DNA of 55,253 nucleotides, filler included, from Dimargaris cristalligena (lineage: Eukaryota): NCBI GenBank assembly GCA_003614675.1. It is 2 parts of 2 records of this genome, joined end to end, with 100 filler letters (N's around TTAATTAATTAA, not from the genome) between each part and the next. Parts side by side here need not be neighbours in the genome. Positions count along the whole stretch, not along the records: positions 27,748 to 55,253 come from ML002517.1; 1 more part is not named here. The stretch is one strand, 5' to 3'. Below, one piece after another: positions 52,868 to 55,253 of this stretch. The notes under the pieces are model-generated. The model was not told the origin of the DNA and made no database searches. It saw nothing but the letters and a program-made list of their open reading frames with translations. Numbering within the stretch: the first letter of the stretch is position 1; every line of letters starts with the position of its first letter. Position numbers and translations under genes: made by a program.

Positions 52868-54628
52868 ATGACCACGGACTCTAGTTCCACCCTTTCGGCT
52901 GGCCCGCCCCGCCTCCCAGATGACGCCCCCGAACCCTCGTCAGCCGTACTACCCGCCTCATTCTCAAACTACTCCTTGTTGGCCGCCACCGGAGGCGACG
53001 TCGAGACCGCCCCCCGGACCCAAAGCACCAGCGCATTCCGTTTCCTCCTGAATTTGGCCCTACGGAAGGCCCAGACCGCCGTCATCCTGGACGAGCGCCG
53101 CCACTTTGTTGAAGCCAAGCGAACCTATCGGGAAGCCATTGACATGATCTCCCTCATCATCGACCGCGTGGGCGACTCCGCCCAGAATAAAGGAAGACTT
53201 ATCCAACTCCGCCACACCTACCAGGATCGCATCGCCAACATCGACGCTCTCATCACCCAGGTCAAGGCCGCCTCGCCACCCCCTAGTGCTGGCTTGCCGA
53301 AGTCAGACCCGAACGAGCCTCGTCCCCCCTCCGCCGAATTGCGCTCCCTCACCCGCGCCAAGTCCCACGACGTACTACCGCAACTGCAAATGCCAATGGT
53401 CGAGGACCTGCCGGCCTTGCCCCGTATCCACCGGCCCCCGTTTATCAGCGCCCCCACGCCAGAGCGTGAGCGGACCAGTAGCGTCCCTCTCACCCGCCTG
53501 GGCTCCGCCGATAGTACCCCCGCCGTCCCTACCGTGGCTATCCAGCGTTCCCTCTCCACGGCCGAGCGCTCCCTAACCCTGGGCCGCGTCCCCGTGGTCC
53601 CTCCCCAGCGCCCCGATATTTCCAAGTTCCAGCTGCCCGCCGATTGCTCTCCTGGTTCCCTTATCTTGTCCGAAATTAGTGACGAGTCCTCCCAAACCTC
53701 GTCCGTCCCCCCCAGCCCGCACCTCATCTCGCCGCCTCCCCGCCCCGAGGCCACCCATTGCACGAGTCCCACCGGCGCCGTCTTCTCTTTCCACAATACC
53801 CGTCTAGGCAAACTGCGCGCCCAGCAAAGCCACGGGGATCTACTCGGACGCCAGCGGGCCTCTCTGCCAGCTTGGGCTCCTCCGAAGGAGTCGACCTTTG
53901 CCATACCCCGTTCCGGAGAAGCCCCCGAGCCCGCCATTCCCCAGCGCCAATCCTGGGGCAATGCCCTCACTCGCCTCGACCCGAACAAGCCGCAACCCGA
54001 ACCCGCCGCGTCGGCCCTGAGCCCGACCAGTCGGGATTACTTTGACCATCTGCTCAGCGACCTGGACAGCTCCATTCACATCGTCCGTAGCACCTCGCCG
54101 GCCCGCTCCGACTCCACCCTGCTCCGCCCCAACCCCCCCCTGCCTCTCCCGCCTCTCCCCCGCTCCGACCACCAGCGGGTAAGTGGAGTGCCCTTCCAAG
54201 GGCGGGTGCGTTCCCTATCCCAAATTGTCTCCAACCCCACCATGCCATTGGCCATCAGTCGCAAACTATCCACAAGCTCCCTCTCGTCGCCCACCATCAC
54301 CCAGCGTCCGCGGCCCGAACCCCCTGGCCCCTCGTCCTACCTACGCAATGGGTGGGTTCCGGAGCCTCCACCACCCATTTCAGCTTCCCCCGAGGCCCGC
54401 GCCAAGAAAATGAGCATCATCATGGAGGAGGCCGCCGCCGCCACTACCACCACCGATTCCGACTCCACCGTGGTTCGCCGGAGTAAATTGCTGCCTTCCC
54501 CGCCCGTCGCTCTACCCCCAATTAGTAAATCACACACCAGCATCGGCTCCCCCGAAATGACCTCACCTATTTTAATCGCCAGTACCCTGCACCCCCAGTC
54601 CCCCCGGAAGTCCAAACTAACTCTCTAA
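52868..54628 (+). CDS. MIT-domain protein with a long Pro/Ser-rich disordered region; C-terminus possibly truncated
   Basis: First ATG is at 52868. MIT-like three-helix bundle LNLALRKAQTAVILDE...EAKRTYREAIDMI...RLIQLRHTYQDRI. The stop codon coincides with an abrupt change in base composition. Confidence 0.75.
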   Translation: MTTDSSSTLSAGPPRLPDDAPEPSSAVLPASFSNYSLLAATGGDVETAPRTQSTSAFRFLLNLALRKAQTAVILDERRHFVEAKRTYREAIDMISLIIDRVGDSAQNKGRLIQLRHTYQDRIANIDALITQVKAASPPPSAGLPKSDPNEPRPPSAELRSLTRAKSHDVLPQLQMPMVEDLPALPRIHRPPFISAPTPERERTSSVPLTRLGSADSTPAVPTVAIQRSLSTAERSLTLGRVPVVPPQRPDISKFQLPADCSPGSLILSEISDESSQTSSVPPSPHLISPPPRPEATHCTSPTGAVFSFHNTRLGKLRAQQSHGDLLGRQRASLPAWAPPKESTFAIPRSGEAPEPAIPQRQSWGNALTRLDPNKPQPEPAASALSPTSRDYFDHLLSDLDSSIHIVRSTSPARSDSTLLRPNPPLPLPPLPRSDHQRVSGVPFQGRVRSLSQIVSNPTMPLAISRKLSTSSLSSPTITQRPRPEPPGPSSYLRNGWVPEPPPPISASPEARAKKMSIIMEEAAAATTTTDSDSTVVRRSKLLPSPPVALPPISKSHTSIGSPEMTSPILIASTLHPQSPRKSKLTL

Positions 54629-55253
54629 GTTTAAATTTAACTTCAAAGTTTAAATTAGACTTCCAACTTTAAAGGTTCTTTTTGTTGTATTAAACATGAA
54701 CATTACATACATGTGTGCAATTCCCACTGATAAAACTCTTGAAATAAAGGCAAAGAGTACTCCAATTACAATTCTGACAATGTCTTTATAGTACAATATA
54801 TTAATTAGAAACTCTTATTCAGGAACCCAGGGCTTTATTTACCACAAAGCTTTAGCCCATACAACTATGCATAGGCTATGGCAGGTAGGAGTATTCACTT
54901 GTTTTGACTGTAAACTATTAGGTGATACTACTATTAACTGGGGAGGGTATTATAGAAGTAGTATATATAAGCAACTAGTATGCCTGGGACTAGGCAGTTC
55001 TTCAACCTGTACATACCTAGAATGCACTAGTGGATAATAAATAATAATAAATATGCATGAATGGAATACAACTTCCAATTGGGCTAAGCATGAAGAGTTT
55101 TTTAAATAAATCATAAACTATATATAGGGTAGTATGGAATGTAAACAGGTAAGAATAGCTTCAAACTAATAGGGTCCAGGAGCCCCTAAGCTAAGTAGGG
55201 GCCAGTTAGAGAGTCCAAGGGAAGCTGGTATTGCCATTTAAATGTCTTCGTCT
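54607..55253. other. AT-rich, CpG-free block (possible decayed mobile element or foreign/chimeric sequence)
   Basis: No CG dinucleotide between 54607 and 55248, whereas the adjacent CDS is CG-rich. Confidence 0.5.

Overview
Eukaryotic (fungal) nuclear DNA with GT-AG introns and the standard genetic code. Gene content and architecture suggest an early-diverging fungus (Zoopagomycota/Mucoromycota-like; inference only). The window is two contigs joined by an artificial 100-nt spacer (N44-TTAATTAATTAA-N44, 27648-27747). Left contig: a hypothetical multi-exon gene, two tandem paralogous 7TM receptor-like genes, alkaline ceramidase, protoporphyrinogen oxidase (HEM14), glutathione reductase (GLR1), tRNA adenosine deaminase (TAD1/ADAT1) and the 5' part of an AFG1 ATPase. 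Right contig: the 5' two-thirds of a PDR-type ABCG transporter, a coiled-coil protein, an SmgGDS-like ARM-repeat protein, a Cys-rich/TM/SH3 receptor-like protein, a ROG1-like DUF676 lipase with a frameshift, complex I subunit NDUFB8, and an MIT-domain protein that runs into an AT-rich, CpG-free block. Exon structures were assembled by hand from splice signals and reading-frame continuity. I found no tRNA, rRNA or CRISPR array. I found no clearly new multi-gene system. The best leads are the ectodomain-less class C-like GPCR pair, the all-phase-1 exon architecture of the SmgGDS-like gene, the CRD-TM-SH3 receptor, the lipase frameshift and the CpG-free terminal block.
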